Made by a program: the position numbers and the translations under genes. Below, piece by piece: positions 46,179-58,027 of a DNA stretch of 64,000 nucleotides. The stretch's first letter is position 1. The number at the start of each line of letters is the position of its first letter. Below the pieces are notes generated by a model. It was not told the origin of the DNA. It ran no database searches and saw only the letters and a list, made by a program, of their open reading frames with translations. This stretch comes from Terriglobia bacterium (GTDB taxonomy: Bacteria > Acidobacteriota > Terriglobia > 20CM-2-55-15), in assembly GCA_965198225.1 (NCBI GenBank), contig CBDAOY010000005.1, forward strand, positions 384,001 through 448,000, given 5' to 3'.

Positions 46179-48845
46179 ATGTTCGCCAGCATCGTTAAGA
46201 AATTCGTCGGATCCAGAAACGACCGTGAGTTGAAGAAGATCCGCCCGGTCGTCGAAGCAGTCAACGCGCTGGAACCGACCGTGTCGAGCCTCACCGACGA
46301 GCAGCTCCGAGCCAAAACCGCCGAATTCCGGCAACGAATCGATCAGGGTGCATCCCTCGACGACCTGTTGCCCGAAGCTTTTGCCGTGGGACGGGAAGCG
46401 GGCAAGCGGGTCCTGAACATGCGGCACTTCGACGTTCAGCTCATCGGGGGCTACGCGCTGCACACCAGCCGAATCGCCGAGATGAAGACCGGCGAAGGCA
46501 AGACCCTGGTTGCCACTCTCCCGGCCTACCTGAATGCCCTGGGCGGCAAGGGTGTCCACGTCGTGACGGTCAACGATTACCTTGCGCGACGGGACTCGGA
46601 ATGGATGGGCAACATCTACCGCTTCTTGGGACTTGACGTTGGTGTCGTTCAGCACGGGCTGGACGAGGCGCAGCGACACGAATCATACGGCGCGGACATC
46701 ACCTACGGGACCAACAACGAGTTCGGATTCGACTATCTACGCGACAACATGAAGTTCCAGCTGGCGCATTGCGTCCAGCGCGGTCACAACTTCGGCATCG
46801 TCGATGAAGTGGACTCGATCCTGATCGACGAAGCCCGAACGCCCCTTATCATCTCGGGACCCAGCGACGAGGCAACGGACAAGTATTATCGCATCGACAA
46901 GGTCGTCCCCCGACTCCGTCGCGATATCGACTACCAGGTCGAGGAGAAGCACCGGACCGCGACGTTGACGGAGGAAGGGGTGACAAGCGCCGAAGGTCTG
47001 CTTTCGGTCGAGAACCTCTACGATCCGTCCAACATGGAGATCCTCCATCACATCAACCAGAGCCTGAAGGCACACACGCTGTTCAAGAGGGACGTCGACT
47101 ACGTGGTGAAGGACGGAGAGGTCCAGATCGTCGACGAGTTTACCGGTCGCTTGATGCCGGGGCGCCGCTGGAGCGACGGCCTACATCAGGCGGTGGAAGC
47201 CAAGGAAGGCCTGAAGATTCAGCAGGAGAACCAGACGCTGGCGTCGATCACGTTCCAGAACTATTTTCGGATGTACGACAAGCTTGCCGGGATGACGGGA
47301 ACCGCCGAGACCGAGGCTGAGGAGTTCCTGAAGATCTACAACCTCGATGTGCTGGTCATTCCCACCAACGTCCCGCTGGGCCGGATCGAAAACCCTGACG
47401 TCATCTACCGCACGGAACGGGAAAAATACAACGCCGTCGTCGACGAGATTCGTGAGCTGAACGACAGGGGCCAACCGGTCCTGGTCGGCACGATTTCCAT
47501 CGATAAGTCGGAAAAACTGAGTTCGATGATCAAGCGGAAGGGCATCAAGCACGTCGTCCTGAACGCCAAGTACCATGCGAAGGAGGCGGAAATCGTGGCG
47601 CAGGCCGGTCGGAAGGGAGCGGTCACGATCGCAACCAACATGGCGGGACGCGGTACCGATATCCTTCTGGGCGGGAACCCCGAGTTTCTCGCACGCGACC
47701 GACTGCGGAAGCAGAAGGTCGATCCCGGCGAAGCCACCCCTGAACAGATGGAAGCGGCGCTCGAAGAAGTGCGGCCGGAGGTCGAAGCCGAACACGAACA
47801 GGTGGTCGGCCTCGGGGGACTCCACATCATCGGGACAGAGCGTCACGAAGCCCGACGCATCGACAACCAGCTCCGGGGGCGTTCCGGGCGTCAGGGAGAC
47901 CCGGGTTCCTCCAGGTTCTTCGTGTCGCTGGAAGACGACCTCATGCGGATTTTCGCCGCAGAGCGCATTTCGGGAATCATGCAGCGGTTGGGGATGGAAG
48001 AAGGCGTGCCGATCGAGTCCAAGATGGTTTCCAAGCAGATCGAGAGCGCCCAGAAGCGCGTTGAAGGCCAGAACTTCTCTTCGCGGAAACACGTTCTGGA
48101 ATACGACGATGTGATGAACAAGCAGCGCCAGGCGATATACGGGCTCCGCAAGCAACTGCTGGAACAGGATGATCAGCGGGAGTACGTGATGTCGGTCGCC
48201 GAGGACATCGCGGCGTCGCTGGTGGCGCAACACGCCAACGAAGAGACGCATCCGAGCGAGTGGGATCTCGAAGGGCTCCAGACCTCTGTGTTGCGACAGT
48301 ACGGCCTGGATCACATAAAGGAGGGCATTCGCCCCGACGAGGATCAGCTGAGCTCGAAAGAGCTCGAAGAACGCCTGACTGATCTTATTCAGCGGAAGTA
48401 CGAAGAGAAAGAAGAGCTGATCGGCCCCCAGTCGATGCGCTTACACGAACGGATGCTGATGCTTCAGATAGTCGATGCGCAGTGGAAGGACCACCTGCTC
48501 GGCATGGACCACCTCAAGGAGGGTATCGGGCTCCGCGGATACGGCCAGCGCAACCCGCTCATCGAGTACAAGAAGGAATCGTTTGATCTCTTCGAAGACC
48601 TGATGAACCGTATCGAGGACGGCTCGATCCGGTTCCTGTTCCTGCTCCAGCCCGTGGACCAGGCAAAGCAGGCCGAACAGATCGAGCGCCGTCAGAAGAG
48701 GCAGCAGTTCATCGCGTCCAACCAGGGGGGAGGCGACAGCCCCCGCAAGCCCGTGAAACGCGGCTCCCCGAAGGTGGGACGAAACGATCCTTGCCCTTGC
48801 GGTAGCGGCAAGAAATTCAAAAAATGTTGCGGAGTGACAGCTTGA
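46179..48845 (+). CDS. secA: Preprotein translocase ATPase SecA
   Basis: [41 protein letters not shown] motif [13 protein letters not shown]. Confidence 0.98.
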   Translation: MFASIVKKFVGSRNDRELKKIRPVVEAVNALEPTVSSLTDEQLRAKTAEFRQRIDQGASLDDLLPEAFAVGREAGKRVLNMRHFDVQLIGGYALHTSRIAEMKTGEGKTLVATLPAYLNALGGKGVHVVTVNDYLARRDSEWMGNIYRFLGLDVGVVQHGLDEAQRHESYGADITYGTNNEFGFDYLRDNMKFQLAHCVQRGHNFGIVDEVDSILIDEARTPLIISGPSDEATDKYYRIDKVVPRLRRDIDYQVEEKHRTATLTEEGVTSAEGLLSVENLYDPSNMEILHHINQSLKAHTLFKRDVDYVVKDGEVQIVDEFTGRLMPGRRWSDGLHQAVEAKEGLKIQQENQTLASITFQNYFRMYDKLAGMTGTAETEAEEFLKIYNLDVLVIPTNVPLGRIENPDVIYRTEREKYNAVVDEIRELNDRGQPVLVGTISIDKSEKLSSMIKRKGIKHVVLNAKYHAKEAEIVAQAGRKGAVTIATNMAGRGTDILLGGNPEFLARDRLRKQKVDPGEATPEQMEAALEEVRPEVEAEHEQVVGLGGLHIIGTERHEARRIDNQLRGRSGRQGDPGSSRFFVSLEDDLMRIFAAERISGIMQRLGMEEGVPIESKMVSKQIESAQKRVEGQNFSSRKHVLEYDDVMNKQRQAIYGLRKQLLEQDDQREYVMSVAEDIAASLVAQHANEETHPSEWDLEGLQTSVLRQYGLDHIKEGIRPDEDQLSSKELEERLTDLIQRKYEEKEELIGPQSMRLHERMLMLQIVDAQWKDHLLGMDHLKEGIGLRGYGQRNPLIEYKKESFDLFEDLMNRIEDGSIRFLFLLQPVDQAKQAEQIERRQKRQQFIASNQGGGDSPRKPVKRGSPKVGRNDPCPCGSGKKFKKCCGVTA

Positions 48846-50302
48846 GGGAAAAGACATTCCAGGAAGCCTACACCTTTGACGACGTCCTTCTGGCACCGAG
48901 GAAATCGGACATCCTGCCCACCGAAGTCCAGACGAGCACGAGACTGACGAATCGCATCTCACTGAACATCCCCGTCGCGAGCGCGGCGATGGACACCGTA
49001 ACCGAATCACGCCTTGCGATCGCCTTGGCCCAGCAGGGTGGAATCGGCATCGTGCACCGCAACATGTCCATCGAGAGCCAGGCGGCGGAAGTGGACAAAG
49101 TCAAACGTTCGGAAAGCGGCATGATCGTCGATCCGATCACGATGTCTCCAGATCGTAAGATTCAGGACGCGGTCGAGCTGATGGCCCATTTCAAGATTTC
49201 GGGCGTTCCGATCACGGAGAACGGCCGCCTCGTCGGAATCCTGACGAACAGAGACCTGCGCTTCGAGGATCGCTTCCATCTTCCGATAAAGGACGTGATG
49301 ACCAAGGACAAACTCGTCACGGTGCCGGTCGGCACGACTCTGGACGAGGCGCAGCGAATCCTGCACAAGCACCGGATCGAGAAGCTGCTGGTGGTCGACG
49401 ATGATCGGAACTTGAAGGGCCTGATCACGGTCAAAGACATCACCAAGAAGATCAAGTACCCCTTGTCGGCCAAGGACGAACACGGACGCCTGCGAGTCGG
49501 GGCGGCCATCGGAGCGACCGGAGACTATGCCGAGCGCGCCTCCGCGCTGATCGAAGCGAAGGTGGACGTGATCGTCGTCGATACCGCTCACGGACATTCG
49601 TCGCGGGTCCTCGAGGCGGTCAAGACCGTGAAGAGCCGATTTCCCGACATGGACGTCGTTGCCGGCAACATCGCGGCTTCCGAAGCTGCCGCCGACCTGA
49701 TCGATGCCGGCGTGGACGCGATCAAGGTTGGTATAGGTCCCGGCTCGATCTGTACGACCCGGGTTGTCAGCGGCGTGGGCGTACCTCAGATCAGCGCGAT
49801 CATGGAGTGTGCTCCTGTCTGCCGTGAACGCAAGATTCCACTCATCGCGGATGGGGGCGTTAAGTTTTCCGGGGACGTCACGAAAGCCATCGCTGCAGGC
49901 GCCGACGCGATCATGATCGGATCGCTGTTCGCCGGAACCGACGAGAGCCCGGGCGAGATCATTCTCTACCAGGGCCGAACGTACAAATCCTACCGTGGTA
50001 TGGGTTCACTCGGCGCGATGCAAACCGGAAGTAGCGACCGCTACGCGCAGGATCGGGCTCAGCCGAACAAACTGGTTCCGGAAGGAGTCGAAGGGCGGGT
50101 GCCCCACAAAGGCTCCCTTGCTTCCCTCGTCACTCAGTTGGTGGGCGGACTGAAGTCCGGGATGGGCTACTGCGGTTGCAGTTCGATCGAGGAGTTGCAG
50201 ACGCAAACGCAGTTCTTGAAGATCACGGACGCGTCGCTGAAGGAGAGCCACGTCCATGACGTGTTCATTACGAAAGAGGCGCCGAATTATCAGTTGGAGT
50301 AG
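48842..50302 (+). CDS. guaB: IMP dehydrogenase
   Basis: [19 protein letters not shown] pair, [17 protein letters not shown]; TTG start overlaps the secA stop. Confidence 0.97.
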   Translation: MREKTFQEAYTFDDVLLAPRKSDILPTEVQTSTRLTNRISLNIPVASAAMDTVTESRLAIALAQQGGIGIVHRNMSIESQAAEVDKVKRSESGMIVDPITMSPDRKIQDAVELMAHFKISGVPITENGRLVGILTNRDLRFEDRFHLPIKDVMTKDKLVTVPVGTTLDEAQRILHKHRIEKLLVVDDDRNLKGLITVKDITKKIKYPLSAKDEHGRLRVGAAIGATGDYAERASALIEAKVDVIVVDTAHGHSSRVLEAVKTVKSRFPDMDVVAGNIAASEAAADLIDAGVDAIKVGIGPGSICTTRVVSGVGVPQISAIMECAPVCRERKIPLIADGGVKFSGDVTKAIAAGADAIMIGSLFAGTDESPGEIILYQGRTYKSYRGMGSLGAMQTGSSDRYAQDRAQPNKLVPEGVEGRVPHKGSLASLVTQLVGGLKSGMGYCGCSSIEELQTQTQFLKITDASLKESHVHDVFITKEAPNYQLE

Positions 50303-50342
50303 GAGGCCGGCGGTTGTCCTTCACCAACTTTTCTGCTCAATA

Positions 50343-50382
50343 AACACCCGGGGACAGGGCTATACCCCTGTCCCCCTCACAT
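50343..50382 (-). repeat. Hairpin repeat (family E), copy 1
   Basis: Reverse complement atgtgagggggacaggggtatagccctgtccccgggtgtt matches 60640..60677. Confidence 0.8.
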
Positions 50383-50439
50383 TGGCTCCCCCACGGAACG
50401 TTTCGCGGAACCGTTTTCTGAGCAATAACGTTCGCGAAC

Positions 50440-50471
50440 GAGAAACGGCGGCCAATCGGCCGCCGTTTCTC
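50440..50471. terminator. Perfect hairpin between convergent guaB and M1-like genes
   Basis: gagaaacggcggcc-aatc-ggccgccgtttctc. Confidence 0.7.
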
Positions 50472-50497
50472 AGCTTCTTCCCTTCCCTGTTTTGTTC

Positions 50498-52483
50498 CTA
50501 CCCGATCGTCCGTCCCGACCTCCTGAACGGGGCGTTGATGTACTGCTCCGCCTCGTCCTGTGCGCCGTAGGCGTCGTCGTCGGTGTTGAGCGCCTTCTGG
50601 TACTCGCCCAGCGCGCGGTCCCGGTCGCCGCGGATATCAAAGATCTTGCCGAGGTTCACGTAGGACCACACTTCGACCCAGATGGGTTCCAGGTCGCCGT
50701 TCAGGGCTTCCCGAAACACGTTGGCCGACGCCTGGAGGTTCCCGAGTTCGAACAGTGCTTCGCCCATCCGGAAAAAGGCCAGCGAACTCAGGCGATCCTC
50801 GTCGATGGCCGCCTGGTACTGGTCGATCGCCTCGTTGTAGCGTCCCGCGTCGGCGTAATCCTCACCCCGAGAGATATTCACCGCCACACGCATGTCCGGC
50901 GACAGGCGCAACAACCTCTTGTTCGGATCGATGGAGATCGATCGGGGCTTCCTCTCCGTGATCAGGTCGAAATCGCTCGACGGTCCCGAGACCCAGATCG
51001 TGTGGTATTCGGGCTCGGCGTCGGTCGCCACTTCGACCTCCACGGGCATCCGGAACAGGTCCAGATCCTGGTTGATCTGCCCCATGATCTTGTAACCGTC
51101 CGGGAGCCGGAACACGGTGTATTCCCGGGTAAACTCAGGTATCCCCGCAGAGTTCAGCCATTGGTCGAAGAAGTACGTGAGGTCTTCACCGGCCAGCTCG
51201 GTAGAAACGTCGAAGAACGCGGCGGTCGAAAGGGGCCGGTCCGCAAACCGCGTGGGGAATTCCTCCAGCATGGCGGCGAACTTTTCGTCTCCCATGACGT
51301 CGCGAAGCATCCGGACGATGAAACCACCCTTGAACGCTACCAGCGCACGGTATTCCGCCGAATCCATCCCAAAACCGCTTGCCTGGCTGATGGGGGTGTC
51401 GCCTTCATAGCTGAGCGCCTTGACGATCGTTCGCTGGACGTATTCGTCAGCCTCGAAGGGCGAAAGCGTTTCCTCGAAGTACATCATGCCGGCGAAGACA
51501 GCCAAGCCTTCGGCCAGCCATGCATCCGATTCCGGATTATCGACGGGATACTTCAACGGGAACCACTGCGCGGCGACATATCGAGTGAGCACCCAGGGAT
51601 CGAAACCGGGCCCAACCTCGTTGGAGGGCAGCAGCAGCATGCCCGGAGCCGAACGCGCGTCCCAGTTCGCGCCATCGATCTCGATCATGCGGAACGAATC
51701 CGCGACCGGTTCGCCGAAGGTATCCGTGTAGATGGCGATCATCTCCGCCGCCGCCTCGCCCATTTCCCGGGCTGAATCGACGTCGTCGAAGACCATCACT
51801 TCAACCCCCGGCCCATCGTCGATCGAAGCAGTGACGGTTTCGTAGCTTCCCGCAACGATGGTTCCGGACGCGGTAGGCGTGGGGCTGCTGAACACCAGCA
51901 GCTTCTCGACATCCGTGATCCCCGGTTCGACTTCAGGGAAACTGGTGATCACCTGCCAGTCGGAAGGAACCGTCAACCGAACGTCCATTGTCGCTGGATC
52001 GCTGTGGAGACCGTTGGTCGGGAACCACTTCGCTTCATAGAGCAGGAAAGCACTCTCGGCGGAAATGCGTCCCAGGATTGGTTCACGTCGTCCGAGTTCA
52101 GGATTCAACACCCCGTCGTACTCGACTCGGATTACCGGCTGGTCGAACTGGCCGAGGTCGCTCAGATCCACCTCGAGGGTGGAATCCAGGTCGAACTGAC
52201 GAAACCGAACCGGCAACGGTTCTTCTTCTCCCAGGTAAACGTCGCGAACCCGCAGCCGACGATCCAGGTCGAACACGGCGTAGTTCTGCCGATCGAGCTG
52301 TACAAAGCGAATCTCGGTGCTCGCGAGCACTTCGCCTTCGAAGGCATCGATCCGGGCCTCGATGGAATAGGATTCAACGTCGATCTGAGGCCGGTCCGTG
52401 TCCCCGGCTTGCGGAATGAGCGTCTGCGCCGATGCTGAAACCGCAAACAGCGCGCAAATCATAAAGGTTGAAAGTTTTCTCAT
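50498..52483 (-). CDS. Exported M1 aminopeptidase-fold protein lacking HEXXH, with C-terminal TPRs
   Basis: M1-like blocks (W.P, QWF, WL.EG.A, KG....RMLR..MGD, DL.YFFDQW), but TRYVAAQWF occupies the HExxHQWF position. Confidence 0.8.
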   Translation of the reverse strand: MRKLSTFMICALFAVSASAQTLIPQAGDTDRPQIDVESYSIEARIDAFEGEVLASTEIRFVQLDRQNYAVFDLDRRLRVRDVYLGEEEPLPVRFRQFDLDSTLEVDLSDLGQFDQPVIRVEYDGVLNPELGRREPILGRISAESAFLLYEAKWFPTNGLHSDPATMDVRLTVPSDWQVITSFPEVEPGITDVEKLLVFSSPTPTASGTIVAGSYETVTASIDDGPGVEVMVFDDVDSAREMGEAAAEMIAIYTDTFGEPVADSFRMIEIDGANWDARSAPGMLLLPSNEVGPGFDPWVLTRYVAAQWFPLKYPVDNPESDAWLAEGLAVFAGMMYFEETLSPFEADEYVQRTIVKALSYEGDTPISQASGFGMDSAEYRALVAFKGGFIVRMLRDVMGDEKFAAMLEEFPTRFADRPLSTAAFFDVSTELAGEDLTYFFDQWLNSAGIPEFTREYTVFRLPDGYKIMGQINQDLDLFRMPVEVEVATDAEPEYHTIWVSGPSSDFDLITERKPRSISIDPNKRLLRLSPDMRVAVNISRGEDYADAGRYNEAIDQYQAAIDEDRLSSLAFFRMGEALFELGNLQASANVFREALNGDLEPIWVEVWSYVNLGKIFDIRGDRDRALGEYQKALNTDDDAYGAQDEAEQYINAPFRRSGRTIG

Positions 52484-52544
52484 GGCTATGGTTGGTGTGG
52501 ACAATTCTGGTGGCCACCGGCCCATGGGTTCTTAGACGGTCCGT

Positions 52545-54725
52545 TTACGGAATTCTCACAATTGTTTTTCCCATACCGACGTTTTCGTTCTGATCGTAGA
52601 TCCGGAACGCGACCGTATGCTCGCCCGGGGTGAGTTCGATCGACGAGAACTCGAAGACCTCCGAGAGAGAATCGACAATCCCGTCCACGGGGAAGATGGG
52701 GCGCCAATTCCCGGCATCGACCGATACTTCGGCCTGTTTCAACGTAGATGTCTGATCTTCGACCTCGACGTGGAGCCGTACGCGTCGGTTCTCGATCCCT
52801 TCTTCGCGCATCGTCACGCTCGGCGGAGAATTGTCGATGGCGAACGGAGCAGTCTCTCTCTCCCCCGCCAGGGCGATTTCGGCCGGGTTGGATCCCCCGT
52901 CACTTGCGACGACCCGGAAAACGTAGGTTCCGTCGGGCAACATGTCGGATCGAACCGTGTAGAACGCGTCCTCGAGACCATCCTGCAACACCTTCCAGGC
53001 CGCCTCGTTCTCCGCCTTGTAGTGCAGGGAATAGGTCAGCGTGTCGTTGTTGCGGTCGGTCGCAGTCCACTGGAGCGAGCGTGCGCCCTTCTGGTTCAGC
53101 CGGCGCGGCGGAATCCGGGGCGCGGCATTTCCGCTACCGTTGCCGGCCTGGGCGGCGGCGTTGTTGGTGGTCTGGACTTTCTGGAGGGAGACCCCGGGGG
53201 GCAGGACGACAAGCGAAGTGACGTCCGGCCGGAAATTCTGCTGCAAGTAAGGAACCCGGACCGACGACAGAAGGGGAGCGTCCTCGTCCACGCCGTCCAA
53301 CACGGCTTTCCACTGGATAAAGCGGGCGTTGGGGCTGAACACCTCACCGGAGTCGCCGATAGGCGCCCAGTCCGACCACGTGGAGTCCGGACTGCCCGTG
53401 TTCCCAGTCCGCGTGAGGATCTCCACACCTCCGGTCCCGCCTCTCCAGCTGACTTTTCCCCAACTGGAGGTCGCCCCGGTGTTCCTCACCTTCGATTCGT
53501 AGAAGCCGGTGCCGGCTACCTGGTTGCTGAGTTCGAAAAGCTTGCCGGCGTTGGAAGACGAGGCATACACGCGAGTGCCGTGGACCAGCAACTGCGTGGT
53601 TTGCTCCTCGGATGATTCGACGACGAGTGTCGTCCGGCGCGGACCTTCATAATTGTAGATGCGCCCTTTCGTGCCTGTGGAGAAGAACAACCCCTCGTCG
53701 TGCGGCAGCAGGGCGAAGATCATCTCACTCGAGGACTGCCACACAGTCGTTACGACACCGTCGGTCCGGACCTCGAGTAGGGCACCCTGCGGCGCGGCCG
53801 CTCGGCGCCCAGCCCCCCCTGCGCCACCACGTCCAGGCCCGGATCCCTGCTGGGCGGGCCGGGCCTGAGGCTGCTGCGCGGCTGCGGCTGGACCGACAGT
53901 AACGCTGACGGTCGTTCCATCCGTAGTCGGAGCAGCCGTCGCGGGCGCCTGTGGCGGGACTGCGGCTCCCGAGGAGTTTACGACCGCCGCATAAATCGTC
54001 CCATCCGCCGCCAGAGCCAGAGAATGGACTTCCTGCATTCCCGAGTCATAAAGAACGAACGGCCTCCCGTCGTCTGAAATCCGGTAGACATAGCCCTTCG
54101 GATTGCCGCCGGCGATCAGGTTTCCAGTGGCATCGAAAGCCATCGTGATGATGTGGGTCTCCTCGCTATCGTAGAAGACTTCTGACGTGCCGTCGGGCGC
54201 GACACGATAGATCACACCCTCGTCCCCGGTTGCTACGAACAGGCTGCCCATCTCGTCGAAGAGCAACGACCAGACGTATTTGTCTTCGGGGTCGAAGAAC
54301 ACCTGCTCGCTTCCGTCCGGCCCGATCCGGTAAACCTTCCCGTCGGGAGACGTTGCCGCAAAAAGGCCATCCTCGGTGTCGAGGGCCAGGGCCAGAACAT
54401 CCAATTCGGGCAGATCTGCGAGCAAGGTACCGTTTCCGTCCGCGCCGACCCGGTAGACCTTACCGTCATGACCCGTCCCCAGGTAGACGGCGCCTGCCGA
54501 GTCGGCGACGGCGCTGAAGATCAGCGTCTCGTCGGTGTCAAAGAGAATGTCGAAGCGGGGGGCGAGCACGAGCTCCCCATCGCTCGTGATCGACAGTCCG
54601 TTCAACTCGCCCTCTCGGAATTCGTCGTACGAACGTACTTCCCAGAACTGGGGGATGACCCCAAGCGCGGGTAGCGCGACAAGAAGCGGAATCATCCAGA
54701 ATGGTTTTTTCATCAGTTCTTCCAA
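52545..54725 (-). CDS. Exported beta-propeller protein with C-terminal Ig/FN3-like domains
   Basis: Repeated G.(V/L)(Y/F).(G/A)T...G.(V/I)YR blades; DGTY.FRV.ASD; IDNSPP. Confidence 0.75.
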   Translation of the reverse strand: MEELMKKPFWMIPLLVALPALGVIPQFWEVRSYDEFREGELNGLSITSDGELVLAPRFDILFDTDETLIFSAVADSAGAVYLGTGHDGKVYRVGADGNGTLLADLPELDVLALALDTEDGLFAATSPDGKVYRIGPDGSEQVFFDPEDKYVWSLLFDEMGSLFVATGDEGVIYRVAPDGTSEVFYDSEETHIITMAFDATGNLIAGGNPKGYVYRISDDGRPFVLYDSGMQEVHSLALAADGTIYAAVVNSSGAAVPPQAPATAAPTTDGTTVSVTVGPAAAAQQPQARPAQQGSGPGRGGAGGAGRRAAAPQGALLEVRTDGVVTTVWQSSSEMIFALLPHDEGLFFSTGTKGRIYNYEGPRRTTLVVESSEEQTTQLLVHGTRVYASSSNAGKLFELSNQVAGTGFYESKVRNTGATSSWGKVSWRGGTGGVEILTRTGNTGSPDSTWSDWAPIGDSGEVFSPNARFIQWKAVLDGVDEDAPLLSSVRVPYLQQNFRPDVTSLVVLPPGVSLQKVQTTNNAAAQAGNGSGNAAPRIPPRRLNQKGARSLQWTATDRNNDTLTYSLHYKAENEAAWKVLQDGLEDAFYTVRSDMLPDGTYVFRVVASDGGSNPAEIALAGERETAPFAIDNSPPSVTMREEGIENRRVRLHVEVEDQTSTLKQAEVSVDAGNWRPIFPVDGIVDSLSEVFEFSSIELTPGEHTVAFRIYDQNENVGMGKTIVRIP

Positions 54726-54778
54726 ACAAGCCTAAGACGCCCCGCCGACGCGTTTTCCTCGAACGTCTTCGCTCGCCG

Positions 54779-56623
54779 TCAGGGGACGATCGTCAGGTTC
54801 AACGACCGCTGCCCTTGAATGACGTAGTCGGACGGTGGAAGCTCAAACTCGCCGACCGCCGAGTTGCGCGTACCTGACGTGTTGCCATCTGAAGACCGCC
54901 CCGTCCGGATCATGGCAATCATCGAAGGCGGCAGCGACGGAAGCTCCTCACCGGCGATCACGACACCAGGGACCGCGCTCAAGACCCGGACATACAGACG
55001 GTCTGTCTTGCGCAGCTTGTTCAACTCTCTCAAGATCTGCTGGATGTCCCGCGGTGCGCCCGGGGGCGCGCGGCGCAGGTCCGAACCGGTCATCGTAACG
55101 CCGTCACCCACCAGCAACTGGACTCGTCCCGGGGCCAGCCCGTCAGGCACCTCGAATGAATATTCTTCGACAAGTTCGTCCCCGTTCCCGGCGCGAAGGC
55201 CGGCTGACAGCGTCACCATGTCGCCGGCGCGCACTTCGGTGCGGTCGATCCTCAGTGACTCCAGGCGGGCGCTGCGCTTTCGGTCGGTCGAGACGATGTC
55301 CAGTTCGACCGACTCGATGACCAGTTCCTCAAACCCAGCGGACAACAGGTAGGTGATCGGCGCGACCGTCGCGATGGTCGCCTGGGCCGGTCCGTTCATG
55401 TCACCAGCGAAAGCGTTGCCGATTTCGACGCGTTCCCCACTGGTGAGATGAATCGTCCCGGTGATTTCGAGTGTCGACTCTCCAAGGCCGCGTTCGCTCG
55501 CCAGAATCGCGTTGAAGACCGTGAAGTTCATCATGAACGGCGTCAGGAATCGGTCATTGACGACCTCGAACTCATAACGTTCGGTAGTGTCGCGCGAGGT
55601 GCTCAGATCCACCCGAACCGGAATCATCCGCGGAGACTCGCCCAGTGTTCCGAAGATCCCGGTGGACCGATCCTGCTGGAATACCCCGACCACCTCCAGC
55701 GGCACGGCAATCTTGAACGACGTCGATACGCTGGGAATGTGCGAGATCACATAGCCCTTCGACATGGGCACGTCGGTTGGGCCGGTCGACATGAAGGGAT
55801 GGCCGAAGGCGAAGACCTTGTCGCCGTCGACGTGAGTCACGGTTCCGTTCGCGCTGACGCTGATGTCTCCACGGACGAGTTCGGCATTGATGGAGGCACC
55901 CGGCTCGATCGGGCCGTCCGGGGCGGCCAGGTTCGCCCCGCTCCCGGATCCGCCGCCCTGGACCGGGGTAAAGCCGAAGTCTTCGAAGAGTTCTGAAAAC
56001 TGGCGGACGGCCACAGGCAAGACACCGGATATGAACAGGGGCGTCCGGATCTGTGTCAGTCCGGCCGTCGCGAAGGATGCACGAACCGGGTTCGACCTCA
56101 TCCAGGCCCGCGGAAGAAAGTACTCTTCGATACCGTCCCCGGCGGCCGCGCCGACCATGAGCCTGTTGACATAAGCATGCGGGCCTTCGGCGGGAAACGA
56201 GCCCTGGACGACTCTCTCTTCGCTTGCCTGCTCGAGCACGCTCACCATCTGGGTGATGGGCTGAATCCCCGCGATGGGGTCCTTCGAGAACTCGAACGCG
56301 AAGGCCAGCGCGCCGAGCAACTTGCCGTCGATGTAGATCGGGCTGCCGCTCATGCCCTGGAGGACTCCGGTGTGCTCGAGCGGGCCCCCTGAGATTCGGG
56401 CCAGGACCATGTCCCGCCTGGGCGACGAGTTCTTCAGCACTCCCAGGATCACAACGTCGAACTCTTCGATCGTCGTGCCCTGGAATACCGTGCGGCCGAT
56501 GCCTTTCATCCCTTCGCGCAGATCGTCGACCTGGAAGAATTCCGGGCTCTGGGCGTAGGAAGGCAACGCGAGGCTCACGGCCACCCCACCCAGTAGTAAA
56601 GCGAACAGGACTTTCTTCAGCAT
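54779..56623 (-). CDS. SpoIVB-like peptidase S55 domain protein
   Basis: GMKG.G.TV..G, GMSGSP, AFGHPF; signal peptide. Confidence 0.85.
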   Translation of the reverse strand: MLKKVLFALLLGGVAVSLALPSYAQSPEFFQVDDLREGMKGIGRTVFQGTTIEEFDVVILGVLKNSSPRRDMVLARISGGPLEHTGVLQGMSGSPIYIDGKLLGALAFAFEFSKDPIAGIQPITQMVSVLEQASEERVVQGSFPAEGPHAYVNRLMVGAAAGDGIEEYFLPRAWMRSNPVRASFATAGLTQIRTPLFISGVLPVAVRQFSELFEDFGFTPVQGGGSGSGANLAAPDGPIEPGASINAELVRGDISVSANGTVTHVDGDKVFAFGHPFMSTGPTDVPMSKGYVISHIPSVSTSFKIAVPLEVVGVFQQDRSTGIFGTLGESPRMIPVRVDLSTSRDTTERYEFEVVNDRFLTPFMMNFTVFNAILASERGLGESTLEITGTIHLTSGERVEIGNAFAGDMNGPAQATIATVAPITYLLSAGFEELVIESVELDIVSTDRKRSARLESLRIDRTEVRAGDMVTLSAGLRAGNGDELVEEYSFEVPDGLAPGRVQLLVGDGVTMTGSDLRRAPPGAPRDIQQILRELNKLRKTDRLYVRVLSAVPGVVIAGEELPSLPPSMIAMIRTGRSSDGNTSGTRNSAVGEFELPPSDYVIQGQRSLNLTIVP

Positions 56624-57022
56624 TACTCCGACACGGTCCGGTTTTCGCGACTGCGCACAGGTTACTGCCCCCCGGGCTGCCGATCGTGGCGTCTCGCTGC
56701 CCGAGCCGCCGAGCTTGGCGTGTAAACCTAATGTTTTCAGTCGAAAACGGAAATTTCATATTAATGGAAGCCTCGACGCCCTGTCAACAAGACCCCGCCT
56801 GCGCCGCGTGGGGTGCCGCCTGTGACGGGCGAGCGAAAAACGGGATGCTCCACGCTCTACCCGCGAGGGACGCGAGCACAGACCGCGATCGGTTCAAACA
56901 CCCGTGTCGAGCCGGTAACTCCAACGGTCCATTTGACTTTACCGCGTCCTTTCCGTTAATGTGCGAAGACTCGGTCGAGTTTTCTGCGCCCTTCGAAAAC
57001 CAGCACATTGAGGGTTTCAAGA

Positions 57023-57733
57023 ATGCGAAGGTTCACTATCAGTGTCCTTTTGGCGGCGATGTTCGTGTTGACCCCAGGCCAGGCGTTCGCCCAGGGCGCG
57101 GGCGACCTGGAGTTGAATCTGTTCTTCGGCGGGTCCTGGCACTCCACGAACAAGTACGAGATCGGGTTTCCTCAGGCGGTCACGCCGATCCAGCAGGAAT
57201 TCAAGTTCAACCAGGGCTTCCGGGGCGGCGCCCGGTTCAACGTTTTCAACTCCGGTCACTGGGGAGAGGAATTCGTCTACAGCTTCGAAACGAACGATGC
57301 TCGATTCATCACGATCAACCCGGCTGGATCGGAACTCGAGCTCGGGACACAGATCCATCAGTTCGCCGTCAACACCCTGTATTACTTCGACGCCAACGAG
57401 GACCTGACGGTTCGGCCGTTCCTGAGCTTCGGCATCGGAGGCACGCTGTACCGACCGACGGACGAGGCCAAGTCCATCGCAAGCGATCCATTGAGAGGAA
57501 ACCTCCCGGGCTTCGGCGAATCGACTTCGTTCGCGTTCAACTACGGCTTCGGCCTCAAGGCACGGATGGCGGGCCGAATGGGACTCCGTTTCGACTTCAA
57601 GGGTTTCCTGGCGAGAACACCCGCGTTCGGGCTGGCCCGTCAATCTGACGATCCGAACGCAACGGTGTTCCCGGCTGGGGGAGCGTTCCACAACGTCTCC
57701 GCCACCGCGGGAGTGGTATTTTTTCTTAATTAG
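57023..57733 (+). CDS. Outer-membrane beta-barrel protein
   Basis: Signal peptide AFA|Q, RPFLSFGIG, FNYGFGLK, LRFDF. Confidence 0.8.
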   Translation: MRRFTISVLLAAMFVLTPGQAFAQGAGDLELNLFFGGSWHSTNKYEIGFPQAVTPIQQEFKFNQGFRGGARFNVFNSGHWGEEFVYSFETNDARFITINPAGSELELGTQIHQFAVNTLYYFDANEDLTVRPFLSFGIGGTLYRPTDEAKSIASDPLRGNLPGFGESTSFAFNYGFGLKARMAGRMGLRFDFKGFLARTPAFGLARQSDDPNATVFPAGGAFHNVSATAGVVFFLN

Positions 57734-57759
57734 CTGTTAGCTATTGGCGTTGGCTGGCG

Positions 57760-58012
57760 CAGGGGTGGTGCTGACCAGAAAAACTCCGAACTATCCTAAA
57801 CATCCGTACAATGCTGCACCAGACAACCACCCCGTCTGCACCTGCGGTGCATCCACCCAAACTCCCCTCCTCAGATGAGGAGGGGTGGCGCGAAGCGCCG
57901 GGGTGGTGTTGATCAAGAAATCCATCCCACCAACTGCCCGCTCCGTCAGACGAAGAACCACCCCGTCTGCGCCTGTTCGCCGCAGCCACCCCTCCTCAGT
58001 CAAGGAGGGGAG
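57760..58012. repeat. Cluster of family C elements in alternating orientation
   Basis: aaccaccccgtctgc x2, cccctcctcag..aggagggg x2, ggggtggtg.tga.ca x2. Confidence 0.82.
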
Positions 58013-58027
58013 ATCTGTTCGGAAGCT

